Assembly: GCA_030037215.1 (NCBI GenBank) | Contig: JASHRS010000185.1 | Span: 3,947-67,946 of the forward strand | DNA: 64,000 nt | DNA from: Silvibacterium sp. | Lineage (GTDB): Bacteria > Acidobacteriota > Terriglobia > Terriglobales > Acidobacteriaceae | Direction of reading: 5' to 3' | Made by a program: the position numbers and the translations under genes | Shown: piece by piece, positions 40,638 to 50,577 of the stretch | Position numbering within the stretch: position 1 is the first letter of the stretch | Layout: each line of letters starts with the position of its first letter | Notes under the pieces: model-generated | What the model was told of the DNA's origin: nothing | The model's input: only the letters and a program-made list of their open reading frames with translations | The model's database searches: none

Positions 40638-41678
40638 ATGAGCGGCGCGACCCGCCTGGTGCGCGCCTGCCTGCGCAAGCCCATCGATCGCACACCCGTG
40701 TGGTTCCTGCGCCAGGCGGGCCGGTATATGGCGGAGTATCAGGCGGTCCGCAGGCATCATTCACTCGTCGAGATATGCAAGCAGCCCAGGCTCGCTGCGG
40801 AAGTGACCATCACTGCCGCGGAAAAGCTCGATGTGGATGCGGCCATCATTTTTGCCGATCTGTTGCTGCCTTTCGAATGCATGGGCCTCGATTTTGAATT
40901 TCAGGCCGGAGAAGGTCCGGTGATCCATGCGCCTGTACGGACTGCCGAAGGCGTTGCGCGGCTGCGCACGGATCGCGCGTCCGAATTGAGTTATGTTGGC
41001 GAAGCGATCGAGCGCGTGGTTGCACACTTCAGGGACCGCCTTGGCGTCATCGGGTTCTGTGGCGCGCCTTTCACGCTTGCGAGTTACATGATCGAGGGCG
41101 GCGGATCGCGAAACTACGTGCATACGAAAACGCTGATGTATCGCCAGCCTGAGGCGTGGCGCTCACTGCTCGAAAAGCTTGCAATGGTGCTGAGCGAGTT
41201 CGCGAGGCAGCAGGTGGAAGCCGGAGCCGATGTCATACAGATTTTCGACAGTTGGGCAGGAGCATTGAGCGTAGAAGACTACCACGAGTTTGTGCTGCCG
41301 ATCACAAAATCGCTCGTGCGCGATGTTCAAGCTCTTGGCGTCCCGGTGATTTACTTCGGCGTGGACACGGCCAGCCTGCTTCCGGCGATGCGCGCGACCG
41401 GAGCCGATGTGCTTGGTCTGGACTGGCGAACACCTCTGGGAAAAGCGTGGCGCGAGCTGGATTACGCATGCGCTGTGCAGGGAAATCTCGACCCGATCAC
41501 GCTGTTTGCCGGACAGGAACTGATTCGTAACCGTGTCAGGCACATTCTGGATCAGGCTGGCGGACGCGCGGGACACGTTTTCAATCTTGGTCATGGCATC
41601 GTGCCTGAAACACCGGTGGAAAATGTGCAGGCCGTCGTGAAGTTCGTTCGCGAATACGCCGTGGAGAAGCAGCCTTGA
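40638..41678 (+). CDS. hemE: Uroporphyrinogen decarboxylase
   Basis: PVWFLRQAGRY, GAPFTLASY, QIFDSW, QGNLDP, FNLGHG. Confidence 0.97.
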   Translation: MSGATRLVRACLRKPIDRTPVWFLRQAGRYMAEYQAVRRHHSLVEICKQPRLAAEVTITAAEKLDVDAAIIFADLLLPFECMGLDFEFQAGEGPVIHAPVRTAEGVARLRTDRASELSYVGEAIERVVAHFRDRLGVIGFCGAPFTLASYMIEGGGSRNYVHTKTLMYRQPEAWRSLLEKLAMVLSEFARQQVEAGADVIQIFDSWAGALSVEDYHEFVLPITKSLVRDVQALGVPVIYFGVDTASLLPAMRATGADVLGLDWRTPLGKAWRELDYACAVQGNLDPITLFAGQELIRNRVRHILDQAGGRAGHVFNLGHGIVPETPVENVQAVVKFVREYAVEKQP

Positions 41679-42601
41679 GCGGCAATAATCCAGGTATCAG
41701 CGGAACAAGCGCGGTTCTGCTGCTGGCGCATGGCACGCCCGACGCGCTCGACGAAATTCCCGAGTACCTGAGAAACGTGACCGGCGGCCGTCAGCTTCCT
41801 GAAAGTGTTGTTGAAGAGATTCGCCATCGGTATTTTCTAATCGGATCGAGTCCGCTCACGAAGCTGACATTGCAGCAAGGCGAGATGCTTTCGGAGGACC
41901 TTGATCTGCCCGTTTACGTCGGCATGAGGAACTGGAAGCCTTATATAGCCGATGCAGTTCGCGCGATACGTACTAACGGCATTACGAAGATTGCTGCCGT
42001 CTGCCTTGCGCCGCAGAATTCGCGCACCAGCGTCGGGCTGTACAAACGGGCCCTGTTTGCAGAGACGGACGGCATGCAGGTGGACTTCACCGAAGGATGG
42101 GCCGATCATCCATTGCTGGCGGATGCCTTTGCTGAACGCCTGCGCGTGGTCTGGACTCCCGGCACAACTGTGCTGTTCACGGCGCACAGTGTTCCTGAGC
42201 GTACGGTGCAGAACACACCAAATGCTCCCGCGGATCCTTATGCAGACGATGCCAAACGCACTGCTGCCATGGTTGCCGAGCGCGTCGGACTCGCGCAGGA
42301 TGAGTGGCTCTTCGCTTTTCAGAGCCAGAGCCAGTCGGGCGGTCCATGGATTGGGCCTACAGTTGAGGACACGCTGACGGCGCTGCGCGTGCAGGGCGTT
42401 GAGCGCGTGATTCTGCAACCGATCGGCTTTCTCTGCGATCATGTCGAAATTCTTTACGACATTGACATCGCATTTCGTCAGTTTGCGGCTGGTCTGGGGA
42501 TGGAGTTGGTGCGCCCCGAGTCGCTGAACGACTCGCACCTGCTGACTGACGCGCTGGCAAACCTTGCGCGCAAAGGATTGGCGCGGCTGGACCGGGAATG
42601 A
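41675..42601 (+). CDS. hemH: Ferrochelatase
   Basis: LAHGTP, GMRNWKP, FTAHSVP, GFLCDHVEILYDID. Confidence 0.95.
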   Translation: MSGNNPGISGTSAVLLLAHGTPDALDEIPEYLRNVTGGRQLPESVVEEIRHRYFLIGSSPLTKLTLQQGEMLSEDLDLPVYVGMRNWKPYIADAVRAIRTNGITKIAAVCLAPQNSRTSVGLYKRALFAETDGMQVDFTEGWADHPLLADAFAERLRVVWTPGTTVLFTAHSVPERTVQNTPNAPADPYADDAKRTAAMVAERVGLAQDEWLFAFQSQSQSGGPWIGPTVEDTLTALRVQGVERVILQPIGFLCDHVEILYDIDIAFRQFAAGLGMELVRPESLNDSHLLTDALANLARKGLARLDRE

Positions 42602-44007
42602 AGCGCATCGCCATCATCGGCGGCGGTCTCAGCGGGCTTTCAGCCGCTTACGAGCTTGCGCGCAACGAACCGCAAATCGTGTTCCGGCTTTTTGAGGCTT
42701 CCCCGCGGCTTGGCGGCATTGTCGAAACCATCCGCGAGGATGGTTTTGTCATCGAGTGCGGGCCCGACTCCTGGGTTACGGAAAAGCCCTGGGCGCGCGA
42801 GCTGGCAGTCGAGCTTGGCCTCGAAGCAGAAATCATTCCGTCGAACGACAACCACCGCCGCACCTATCTGCTGCAGCAAGGCAGGCTGGTTGCGATGCCT
42901 GACAGCATGCGCATGATGGTGCCGACCAATCTGGACGCGATTGCAGAATCTCCGTTCTTCAGCGAAGAAGCCCGCCTGACTTACCGGCGCGAACCGGAGC
43001 GTGCGGCAGAGCTGCGAGCCTCGGCACTGAAGGACGACGAAGACGAGTCGATTGCGAGCTTTGTGCGCCGCCACTTTGGCGATGAAGTTGTGCGCACCAT
43101 TGCCGGCCCACTGCTTGCCGGTGTCTTTGGCGGCGATGTTGAGAGCTTGAGCGTGCGGGCTGTAATGCCGGCGTTTGTGAAGATGGAGCGCGAGCATGGC
43201 AGCCTGGTCAAAGCGGTCCAGTCGCTCGCAGGCCAGAATGAACATTCTGTCTTCACCAGTTTGCGCTCTGGGCTCGGCACACTCATCGATCGAATGGCGG
43301 CTGCGCTACCACAAGAGCATATCCGGGTTGAGGAGGACGTGATTGCCGTCACCCACAGGAGCGAAGGTTGGCGCATACGCACCAGGAATGCGGAGAAAAT
43401 TTTCGATGCGGTGATCGTCGCCACTCCCGTCGACGTGACCCGGCGGCTGCTTCGCGGGATCGATGAGCGATTCGACAGCCTGCTGGCGATGGATGCCTCA
43501 TCGGCCATTGTTGTGGCGCTGGCATTTCTTCCCGAGCAGGCACGCACGCTCTCGATTCCGCACGGATTCGGCTACCTTGTGCCGCAGACCGACTCTGTAG
43601 AAGAGAGCGCACAGCTGCTTGCCTGCACGTTTGTCGATCAGAAGTTCCCGCATCGCGCTCCCGAGGGTGGCATTCTGCTGCGTGGGTTCTTCGGAGGTGC
43701 CGCGGCCACGTCTCTGATGCACGAATCCGACGAAGCTTTATCGGCGCTGACAATCGAGCGGCTCTCAGAAGTATTGGGGACGCTGCCCGCGCCGCGCCAC
43801 ACCATCGTCCGCCGATGGCCGTGGTCGCTACCGCAGTATGCGGTCGGTCATCCGGCGCGCATGGCAAAACTGGAAGCGCTGACGGTGAGCTTCCCGGGAC
43901 TTTATCTCGCAGGCAATGCCTACTATGGCGTCGGGCTTCCGGACATGGTTCGCATGGGACGCGATGCCGCCCGTCGCGCGGCGCAGAAGACAGCTCCGCA
44001 GGGCTGA
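42598..44007 (+). CDS. hemG: HemY-type FAD proto/coproporphyrinogen oxidase
   Basis: IIGGGLSGLSAA, ECGPDS, GFGYLV, PQYAVGH, GVGLPD. Confidence 0.92.
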   Translation: MKRIAIIGGGLSGLSAAYELARNEPQIVFRLFEASPRLGGIVETIREDGFVIECGPDSWVTEKPWARELAVELGLEAEIIPSNDNHRRTYLLQQGRLVAMPDSMRMMVPTNLDAIAESPFFSEEARLTYRREPERAAELRASALKDDEDESIASFVRRHFGDEVVRTIAGPLLAGVFGGDVESLSVRAVMPAFVKMEREHGSLVKAVQSLAGQNEHSVFTSLRSGLGTLIDRMAAALPQEHIRVEEDVIAVTHRSEGWRIRTRNAEKIFDAVIVATPVDVTRRLLRGIDERFDSLLAMDASSAIVVALAFLPEQARTLSIPHGFGYLVPQTDSVEESAQLLACTFVDQKFPHRAPEGGILLRGFFGGAAATSLMHESDEALSALTIERLSEVLGTLPAPRHTIVRRWPWSLPQYAVGHPARMAKLEALTVSFPGLYLAGNAYYGVGLPDMVRMGRDAARRAAQKTAPQG

Positions 44008-44052
44008 AATACCCACTTGAAACCTGCGCGCGTCCGGCGCATCCTATGCGGT

Positions 44053-44928
44053 ATGACCACGGTTGTAAACGCTTCGGCGAGCGGGACTTTTCTGCTGGGC
44101 GGGGATCTCAGGATTCACCGCCTGGGCTATGGCGCAATGCGCATTACCGGCGAGGGCATCTGGGGCGAACCCAAGGACCCGGAAAACGCAAAACGGGTGC
44201 TACGTCGTTCTGTCGAACTAGGCGTGGATTTTATCGACACCGCCGACTCCTATGGCCCCGAAGTAAGCGAGCGGCTGATTGCTGAGGCGCTTTATCCCTA
44301 CCCGAAAGACCTGGTAATTGCGACAAAAGGCGGCTTTACGCGCTCGGGGCCAAATCGCTGGGCCCCTGTAGGGCGGCCCGAGTATCTGCGGCAGTGCGTG
44401 GAGATGAGCCTGCGCCGCCTGAAGGTGGAACGCATCGACCTGTGGCAATTCCACCGCATCGATCCCAAGGTTCCTGTCGAGGAATCTCTTGGCGCCATCA
44501 AAGAAATGCAGAAGCAGGGCAAGATTCGCCACGTTGGGCTATCTGAAGTCACTCCCGAGGAGATCGAGCACGCGAAAAACATCCTGCCCATCGTGAGCAT
44601 ACAGAATCGATATAACCTTACTGAGCGCAGTTACGAAAAAACGCTGCTCTATTGCCAGCAGCACAAGCTTGGATTCATCCCGTGGTTCCCCGTGGCCGCA
44701 GGCAAGCTGGCCCGGCCGGGTGGCCCGCTGGATAACGCTGCGAAGAAATATCATGCAACCGTAGCGCAGTTGTCACTGGCATGGTTGCTGCATCACTCGC
44801 CGGTCATGCTGCCGATTCCGGGAACAACGTCCATCGAGCACTTGGAGGAGAATATAGCCGCAGGCGCGGTGAAGCTGAGCGCAGAAGAATGGAAAGTAAT
44901 TGAAGCAGACGCCGTAGTAGCCGCGTGA
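44053..44928 (+). CDS. Aldo/keto reductase
   Basis: LGYGAMR, IDTADSYG, IATKGG, GKIRHVGLSEV, PIPGT. Confidence 0.93.
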   Translation: MTTVVNASASGTFLLGGDLRIHRLGYGAMRITGEGIWGEPKDPENAKRVLRRSVELGVDFIDTADSYGPEVSERLIAEALYPYPKDLVIATKGGFTRSGPNRWAPVGRPEYLRQCVEMSLRRLKVERIDLWQFHRIDPKVPVEESLGAIKEMQKQGKIRHVGLSEVTPEEIEHAKNILPIVSIQNRYNLTERSYEKTLLYCQQHKLGFIPWFPVAAGKLARPGGPLDNAAKKYHATVAQLSLAWLLHHSPVMLPIPGTTSIEHLEENIAAGAVKLSAEEWKVIEADAVVAA

Positions 44929-45077
44929 GAGCAAACCCTGTACTCTGAGGATGGCCGATTCCTGACGAAACGAGGCATAACCGCAGAAACCGCAACTCTT
45001 GTAATCATCTTGAATTGTTTAATAGGAAATCGTGCCCCGATTAATGGCCCCAATTAATTCAGGAGTCGAAATAAAGA

Positions 45078-45311
45078 ATGTCGCTCGATGACCTTGCGAT
45101 TTATGTCTCAAACCTGTGCGTTATAAACAGGACCAGCCTTGATACCATTGCCCGCCGATACAACTGGCCCGAGCGGTCGGCTGAAGAGCTCCTTCAGGGG
45201 CGGCGAAAACCAACCAGTGCCATGCTTCGCGATCTTGCGACTGAGTTCGACATTCCAGAAAGCCAATTCGTCAAGACAATGAAACGCCCGGAGCGTCCTG
45301 ACGAATACTAA
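45078..45311 (+). CDS. Small XRE-like HTH protein
   Basis: 77 aa; ELLQGRRKPTSAMLRDLATEFDIP resembles an XRE HTH; AGGAG upstream. Confidence 0.5.
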   Translation: MSLDDLAIYVSNLCVINRTSLDTIARRYNWPERSAEELLQGRRKPTSAMLRDLATEFDIPESQFVKTMKRPERPDEY

Positions 45312-45377
45312 GAACTTGAGAATGTAAGGAAGTGCCGGTGGGCAAACCCAGTGGGCGGCCTCACGACTCGCGTTCCA

Positions 45378-45608
45378 TTAGCACCCGTAGTTGCGACCCT
45401 CGGCCTGTTCCCATGGGTACGTTTGAATCGAGGTAAACGTGCGTTGAAAAAATGCATCGTCGACAACATAGCACTCACCGTCCTCGCCACGAATAATCCA
45501 GTCGCCCACACCCACGTCTCTGAATCCCAGGTCAGTAGCAACGGTCTTTCTTTCTTTGCATTGTGTGGCATCAACAAGCAATGGCCGGCAAGTCCGAAAC
45601 TTACTCAT
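45378..45608 (-). CDS. Small hypothetical protein resembling phage PGDYG-like family
   Basis: GDWIIRGEDGECYVVDDAFFQRTF; GGAGG RBS. Confidence 0.55.
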   Translation of the reverse strand: MSKFRTCRPLLVDATQCKERKTVATDLGFRDVGVGDWIIRGEDGECYVVDDAFFQRTFTSIQTYPWEQAEGRNYGC

Positions 45609-45769
45609 CAGTTAGCTCCTCCGCTGACACTTCTCATTACATGTAACCCAGCCTAAAAAAGGCATAAACTCAGCCTAAGAAAGACATAAATTGTCTGGCT
45701 TTTTAAAGCTGCCGTTTGCGGAACGCCGGTTCTTGATAACTATGCTTGCCGGATGTCTTTATGTGTAAT

Positions 45770-45845
45770 TGGTGGAGCTAGACGGGATCGAACCGTCGAC
45801 CTCCTCGTTGCGAACGAGGCGCTCTCCCAGCTGAGCTATAGCCCC
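45770..45845 (-). tRNA. tRNA-Ala (anticodon CGC)
   Basis: GGGGCTATAGCTCAGCTGGGAGAGCG...CCTCG TT CGC AA CGAGG...GGTTCGATCC...CTCCACCA; G3:U70 pair; 76 nt with encoded CCA. Confidence 0.97.
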
Positions 45846-45913
45846 ACAGTGGCGGGAGATACTTCCTAAGTTTATCAGCGCATCTGGGATTGCGAAAGTA
45901 CGGCGCGTGTGGA

Positions 45914-47203
45914 TCAGGAGCGCAGCGAAGAGACAGAGTACTGCCCACCGCAGCGCAAGCGGATACGCGCTTCCAGATCTTCCTTCACCTTTACGAACAA
46001 GTCCTTTGGTACATCTGTCTGCGCCAGGCCCGCAGAGCCACCTCCGCGCAGGCCGTGTGCGGCAAGGGCTTCGCGCAGCAGATCACCGCAGTGGAAGTCG
46101 ATGTCGGCGCTCTTTGCCAGCACCAATCTTGCCGGCCAGTTCTCTGCCGAAATTAGCAGGGCGACGATTGCCGGCGCTGAAGCTGCAAGGTCAGAAGCCA
46201 GCAGCCGGATATATTCCGGATCACGGTCGGCAAACGTTCGGCTCACGAAGCACAGACCACCCTTCCTCTGCTCTTCGACAACCAGCCGCGCCGAGTGATA
46301 ACCGGCCAGCTCTTCGCGCAGCCTCTGGCGCTCCTTCTCGGCAGCCTTCACTTCGGCTCTCATGCGTTCAATAACTGCAGGAACGCCTTCCGCGCCGATG
46401 GAAAGCAGCCCGGAGATTCGATTGAGCAGCTCAAAGTCATGCCGCGCCACGGCCGCCGCTCGGAGTCCGCAGACAAAGGAGACACGCATGCCGCGGCTGA
46501 CCTTCTCAACGCCGCGCAGCAACAAACCGCCGATCTGGCCGGTGCTACGAACGTGCGTTCCACCGCAGGCGTTCAGATCATATCCCGCGATCTCAATCAG
46601 GCGAATACTTCCTGAGCGTTCCGGCAATTTGCGGAGCTGTCCGGCGGCCAGCAGCGCCTCTGCTTCTCTGCGTTCAACGGTGCGAATCGTCACCGGGCGA
46701 TCTTCGGCAATGAGTTCATTCGCGATGCGCTCGATGCGCTCGAGACTGTGGTGCTCGATGGACCCGATGGCAAGGTCGATGGTCGATACTTCTTCTCCGA
46801 GATGAAACGAAACCGTCGGCGCATTCAGCTCGCGCATGAGAACGGCGGAGAGTAGATGCTGTCCGGAGTGCTGCTGGATATGGTCGAGCCGTCGCGGCCA
46901 GTCGATCACGCCCTGTACTTCCGTGCCTGCGCTGAGTGGCTTGCGCGTAAAGTGCCAGATGGTTCCCTGCTCATCTTCTTCAACCGATTCGATAGGAGCT
47001 TCGAGCATGGCCCCGCTGCGCGAGGTTGCGGTGAGCATGCCGGTGTCGCTGGGCTGGCCGCCGCTGGTTGGGTAAAAGGCGGTGCGATCGAGCGCGACCT
47101 GCCAGACCGATACTCCGTCGGCGCGTGAGACTTCGCGAATGTCGGCAATTCGCGCAGAAAAGTTTTGCAGGAATGAGTCTGCGTAGTAAAGGCGATCGGT
47201 CAT
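45914..47203 (-). CDS. Alanyl-tRNA editing protein AlaX with C-Ala/DHHA1 domain
   Basis: LDRTAFYPTSGGQPSD, QHSGQH, ACGGTH, C-terminal GLRGGG. Confidence 0.9.
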   Translation of the reverse strand: MTDRLYYADSFLQNFSARIADIREVSRADGVSVWQVALDRTAFYPTSGGQPSDTGMLTATSRSGAMLEAPIESVEEDEQGTIWHFTRKPLSAGTEVQGVIDWPRRLDHIQQHSGQHLLSAVLMRELNAPTVSFHLGEEVSTIDLAIGSIEHHSLERIERIANELIAEDRPVTIRTVERREAEALLAAGQLRKLPERSGSIRLIEIAGYDLNACGGTHVRSTGQIGGLLLRGVEKVSRGMRVSFVCGLRAAAVARHDFELLNRISGLLSIGAEGVPAVIERMRAEVKAAEKERQRLREELAGYHSARLVVEEQRKGGLCFVSRTFADRDPEYIRLLASDLAASAPAIVALLISAENWPARLVLAKSADIDFHCGDLLREALAAHGLRGGGSAGLAQTDVPKDLFVKVKEDLEARIRLRCGGQYSVSSLRS

Positions 47204-47212
47204 TGCATCAGT

Positions 47213-47524
47213 CTAGCGAACTTCCGGCTGCTCCAGCCGTGCGATGCTTCGTGAATGAGCCCGCATCGCAGCTGCGGCCTCAGCTATTTGCTCCTCAGCA
47301 GTTCCGTGGCTCACCGCCAAGACAAATCCCATCACGATTTCGGTAGCCCCAATGGCGCGCAGGGTGTCCGGGTGATCGGAAAGATACCGCATCAGCGCCT
47401 TCCATGCCGCTGGACCCATACTCCATGTAAGAGCATCGCGATGCGGGCGCAGAACAGCCAGAACCCCGTCTCCTATCAGCATCATAGCCAACAGATATTT
47501 CACTTGGCTTCGCGTCATGGCCAA
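47213..47524 (-). CDS. Small membrane protein of unknown function
   Basis: Two hydrophobic segments; GGAGG RBS. Confidence 0.6.
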   Translation of the reverse strand: MAMTRSQVKYLLAMMLIGDGVLAVLRPHRDALTWSMGPAAWKALMRYLSDHPDTLRAIGATEIVMGFVLAVSHGTAEEQIAEAAAAMRAHSRSIARLEQPEVR

Positions 47525-47632
47525 CCTCCCTCTTTCTGGAGTACACTTTTTTTCTTCAAGTTGCCCGAAGAATTTCCGCGGAGGGCTAACTTTTTCTCCC
47601 GGCCGGCGTTTAGGACTACAGCGAGCTTGCCT

Positions 47633-48202
47633 ATGTATCGACTTTTGCGATTTTCACCCTTTGTCCTGTTTGCGGCACTTGCCTGCAGCCCTTTAATCAG
47701 CCACGCACAGACCACCTATCCCGACGACAACTGGATTCCTCAGGGAATGGACGCCCTGGGCCAGCATGCAAGTTTCCATACCGACTTTACTTTTGACAAG
47801 CAAATGCTGGACCTTGCTAGCGGATTTACCGGCGACGACGATACCCAGCGCATTGTGGCAAAGCTGCGTGGCATCTCTGTACATATCTACCGCTATCCCG
47901 AGCCGGGGCTGTATAGCCCGGCAGCTGTAGATGCGGTGCGGACGCAGTATCACGACCGCGGTTGGAAACACATGATTACGGAACAGAGCAATGCGGCCTC
48001 GGTCAACCCGGGACGCACCGACTTGTGGATCCGTTTTGAGCACGGCAATGTCGAGGGCATGGTCCTGTTGATGACAAATCAAACCAATCTGGATCTGGTT
48101 GCGGTCAACGGGACGCTGAGTCCGCTCGATCTGCTGCACCTGCGCGGGCACTTCGGGATTCCGCGTTTCCCGGGAGACAACTTTGTCCCCGACAATAACT
48201 AG
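47633..48202 (+). CDS. DUF4252-like secreted protein
   Basis: Signal peptide; FTFDKQMLDLAS, VAVNGTLSPLDLLHLRGHFGIP. Confidence 0.65.
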   Translation: MYRLLRFSPFVLFAALACSPLISHAQTTYPDDNWIPQGMDALGQHASFHTDFTFDKQMLDLASGFTGDDDTQRIVAKLRGISVHIYRYPEPGLYSPAAVDAVRTQYHDRGWKHMITEQSNAASVNPGRTDLWIRFEHGNVEGMVLLMTNQTNLDLVAVNGTLSPLDLLHLRGHFGIPRFPGDNFVPDNN

Positions 48203-48210
48203 GCCATAAT

Positions 48211-48573
48211 GTGGGGATGCCCGAAGCATCTCAGGCTACCCGCAACGCCGACATTCCTCGTAATCTGAAGCCCTATTTTCTGTGCCTTCTGCGAAAAGGC
48301 CCAGCGTGGGACATTACTCAGGGGCATGAAGATCTGATGCTGCTGCACCTTGCCTTCTTTCGCCGCCAGATTGAGGCAGGAAAGATGGTCCTCGCTGGTC
48401 CAGTCCTCGATGAATCAGACGATTTAAGAGGAATTTGCATTCTTCGCGCAGAGAATCGCGAAGCTGCTCAGATTGCAGCCAGCGAAGATCCAGCCGTCAA
48501 AACCGGACACCTTATCGCTGAAGTGCGCGCCGCGTTTCTGCCTTCGCTGGATGCGGTTCGCGTCGAATACTAG
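48211..48573 (+). CDS. YciI family protein
   Basis: HLAF...LAGPV...DPAVKTG. Confidence 0.8.
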   Translation: MGMPEASQATRNADIPRNLKPYFLCLLRKGPAWDITQGHEDLMLLHLAFFRRQIEAGKMVLAGPVLDESDDLRGICILRAENREAAQIAASEDPAVKTGHLIAEVRAAFLPSLDAVRVEY

Positions 48574-48578
48574 CGCAG

Positions 48579-48610
48579 CAAAAAGCGCCCGCGATAGCGG
48601 ACGCTTTCTT
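48579..48610. terminator. Likely bidirectional terminator between yciI-like gene and rho
   Basis: AAAGCG-CCCGC-GATA-GCGGA-CGCTTT flanked by A and T runs. Confidence 0.65.
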
Positions 48611-48628
48611 GTGCCTGCACGGCCAGTC

Positions 48629-49879
48629 CTAGATAGAACTCATGTTCAGCAAGAACTCCGCATTATTCCGAGTTTTGCCGAGTTTTTCGACCAGAACTTC
48701 CATCGCCTCAACGGGCGAGAGCGGATTGAGCACCTTGCGAAGCACCCAGATACGCTGCAGATCTTCCTTCGTGATGAGCAACTCTTCCTTACGCGTGCCC
48801 GAGCGCTGGATATCGATAGCCGGGAAGACACGCTTGTCGACCAGCTTGCGATCGAGAATGATTTCCATGTTGCCCGTGCCCTTGAACTCTTCGAAGATGA
48901 CTTCGTCCATGCGCGAGCCGGTATCGACAAGCGCGGTCGCGATGATGGTGAGCGAACCGCCTTCCTCAATGTTGCGGGCCGCGCCGAAGAAGCGCTTGGG
49001 GCGCTGCAGCGCGTTTGAGTCGACGCCGCCTGAGAGCACTTTGCCTGAAGGCGGAACGATGGTGTTGTAGGCACGCGCGAGACGCGTGATGGAGTCGAGC
49101 AGGATTACCACGTCGCGCTTGTGCTCGACCAGCCGCTTGGCCTTTTCGATGACCATCTCGGCGACCTGGACGTGACGCGCGGCAGGCTCGTCGAAAGTGG
49201 AACTGATGACCTCGCCCTTGACCGAGCGCTGCATGTCCGTGACTTCTTCGGGGCGCTCGTCGATAAGCAGCACGATGAGAACGATCTCGGGATGGTTTGC
49301 CGTAACTGAGTTGGCGATGGCTTGCAGCAGCATGGTCTTGCCGGTGCGCGGCGGTGCGACGATAAGTCCGCGCTGGCCTTTGCCGATGGGCGTAAGCAGG
49401 TCCTGCACGCGTCCGCTGATGTTTTCGCGGACGGTTTCCATCTTGATGCGCTCCTGCGGATAGAGCGGAGTGAGGTTGTCGAAGAGAATCTTGTTGCGCG
49501 TCTCCTCGGGCGACTCGAAGTTGATGGCTTCGATCTTGACCAGCGCAAAATACTTCTCGCCTTCATGCGGCGGGCGGACATTGCCGCTGATAGTGTCGCC
49601 GGTCTTGAGATCGAACTTTCGAATCTGCGAAGGCGAAACGTAAATGTCGTCGGGACCAGGGAGATAGTTGTAGTCGGGGGAGCGAAGAAAGCCATAGCCG
49701 TCGGGCAGGATTTCGAGGACGCCTTCGGCGAAGATGTGGCCTTCCTTCTCGCTCTGCGCCTGCAGAATGCGGAAAATAAGGTCCTGCTTACGAAGCCCGC
49801 TGGCTCCGGGAATTTCGAGCGTGCGCGCGATGCGGCTCAGCTCAGTAATGTTTTTTTCTTTGAGTTCAGAGATTGTCAT
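48629..49879 (-). CDS. rho: Transcription termination factor Rho
   Basis: [48 protein letters not shown]. Confidence 0.99.
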   Translation of the reverse strand: MTISELKEKNITELSRIARTLEIPGASGLRKQDLIFRILQAQSEKEGHIFAEGVLEILPDGYGFLRSPDYNYLPGPDDIYVSPSQIRKFDLKTGDTISGNVRPPHEGEKYFALVKIEAINFESPEETRNKILFDNLTPLYPQERIKMETVRENISGRVQDLLTPIGKGQRGLIVAPPRTGKTMLLQAIANSVTANHPEIVLIVLLIDERPEEVTDMQRSVKGEVISSTFDEPAARHVQVAEMVIEKAKRLVEHKRDVVILLDSITRLARAYNTIVPPSGKVLSGGVDSNALQRPKRFFGAARNIEEGGSLTIIATALVDTGSRMDEVIFEEFKGTGNMEIILDRKLVDKRVFPAIDIQRSGTRKEELLITKEDLQRIWVLRKVLNPLSPVEAMEVLVEKLGKTRNNAEFLLNMSSI

Positions 49880-49994
49880 TCTTTACCTGCGATTGCATCT
49901 GGGTAGGGGAATTTTCGGAAGGGAAATAAGGAGAGAACTTACTCGGAAATGCCGTTTAGACAGTTAGACGATGGAATGAGGAAGCTTGCCGCGC

Positions 49995-50210
49995 TTATGC
50001 AGCGCGGCGTTCCTGCACGTGGGCCGAAGTGGCCGAAGCCACTGGCGCGGTTGGATCACTGTGCTGAAAGCGGACCAGAACATCATTAGTCGTATCCTGG
50101 AGCCGGGTATTCGGCTTGTGCAGCTTGCGGGTGGCCTTCGAAGCCAATTGGCAAAGCTGATAGCGATTCTTTACATGGGCAAGCGCCCCAAAAATCAAAT
50201 CTGAACGCAT
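49995..50210 (-). CDS. rpoZ: RNA polymerase omega subunit-like protein
   Basis: ALAHVKNRYQLCQLASKATRKL resembles omega NRYxLvxxaakRAr; GGGAG RBS. Confidence 0.65.
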   Translation of the reverse strand: MRSDLIFGALAHVKNRYQLCQLASKATRKLHKPNTRLQDTTNDVLVRFQHSDPTAPVASATSAHVQERRAA

Positions 50211-50548
50211 AACTATTTTCTCCCTTACTTCTTCTCTTTGAACTACCTTCAGGCACGCATTCTCAAGTTAAAGATGCTTGAAAGCACCTGAAGGGATCAT
50301 TCCCTGTGTCACAAATTTAGACGCGCTAGACGTCATTCCCGATCAATTTTCTTTCTTGATCGTCCTACAGTTACAGAGGTATTTGCATACCGCCTATCCG
50401 CAACGATTCATGTCTCTGCGGACTTGCACGAAGAGGCAGATGAAACTGTTTGGGCTGGGGATAGGGGAAACCTGAATCTGCATTTGCCGGAGTCTGACAG
50501 ACTTCTCCTCGATGGTCCGGGAACCAATCTCTTAGACCGGCATTTTCA

Positions 50549-50577
50549 AAAGTAAACTGGTCTGCTCCGGCGGTCAA
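50549..50577 (-). promoter_or_regulatory. Sigma70 promoter for rpoZ-rho with A-tract UP element
   Basis: Minus strand TTGACC-N17-TACTTT, preceded by an A tract. Confidence 0.6.

Noticed and set aside
44930-45770. Intact integrative element at tRNA-Ala
   Set aside because: No integrase and no duplicated att core seen
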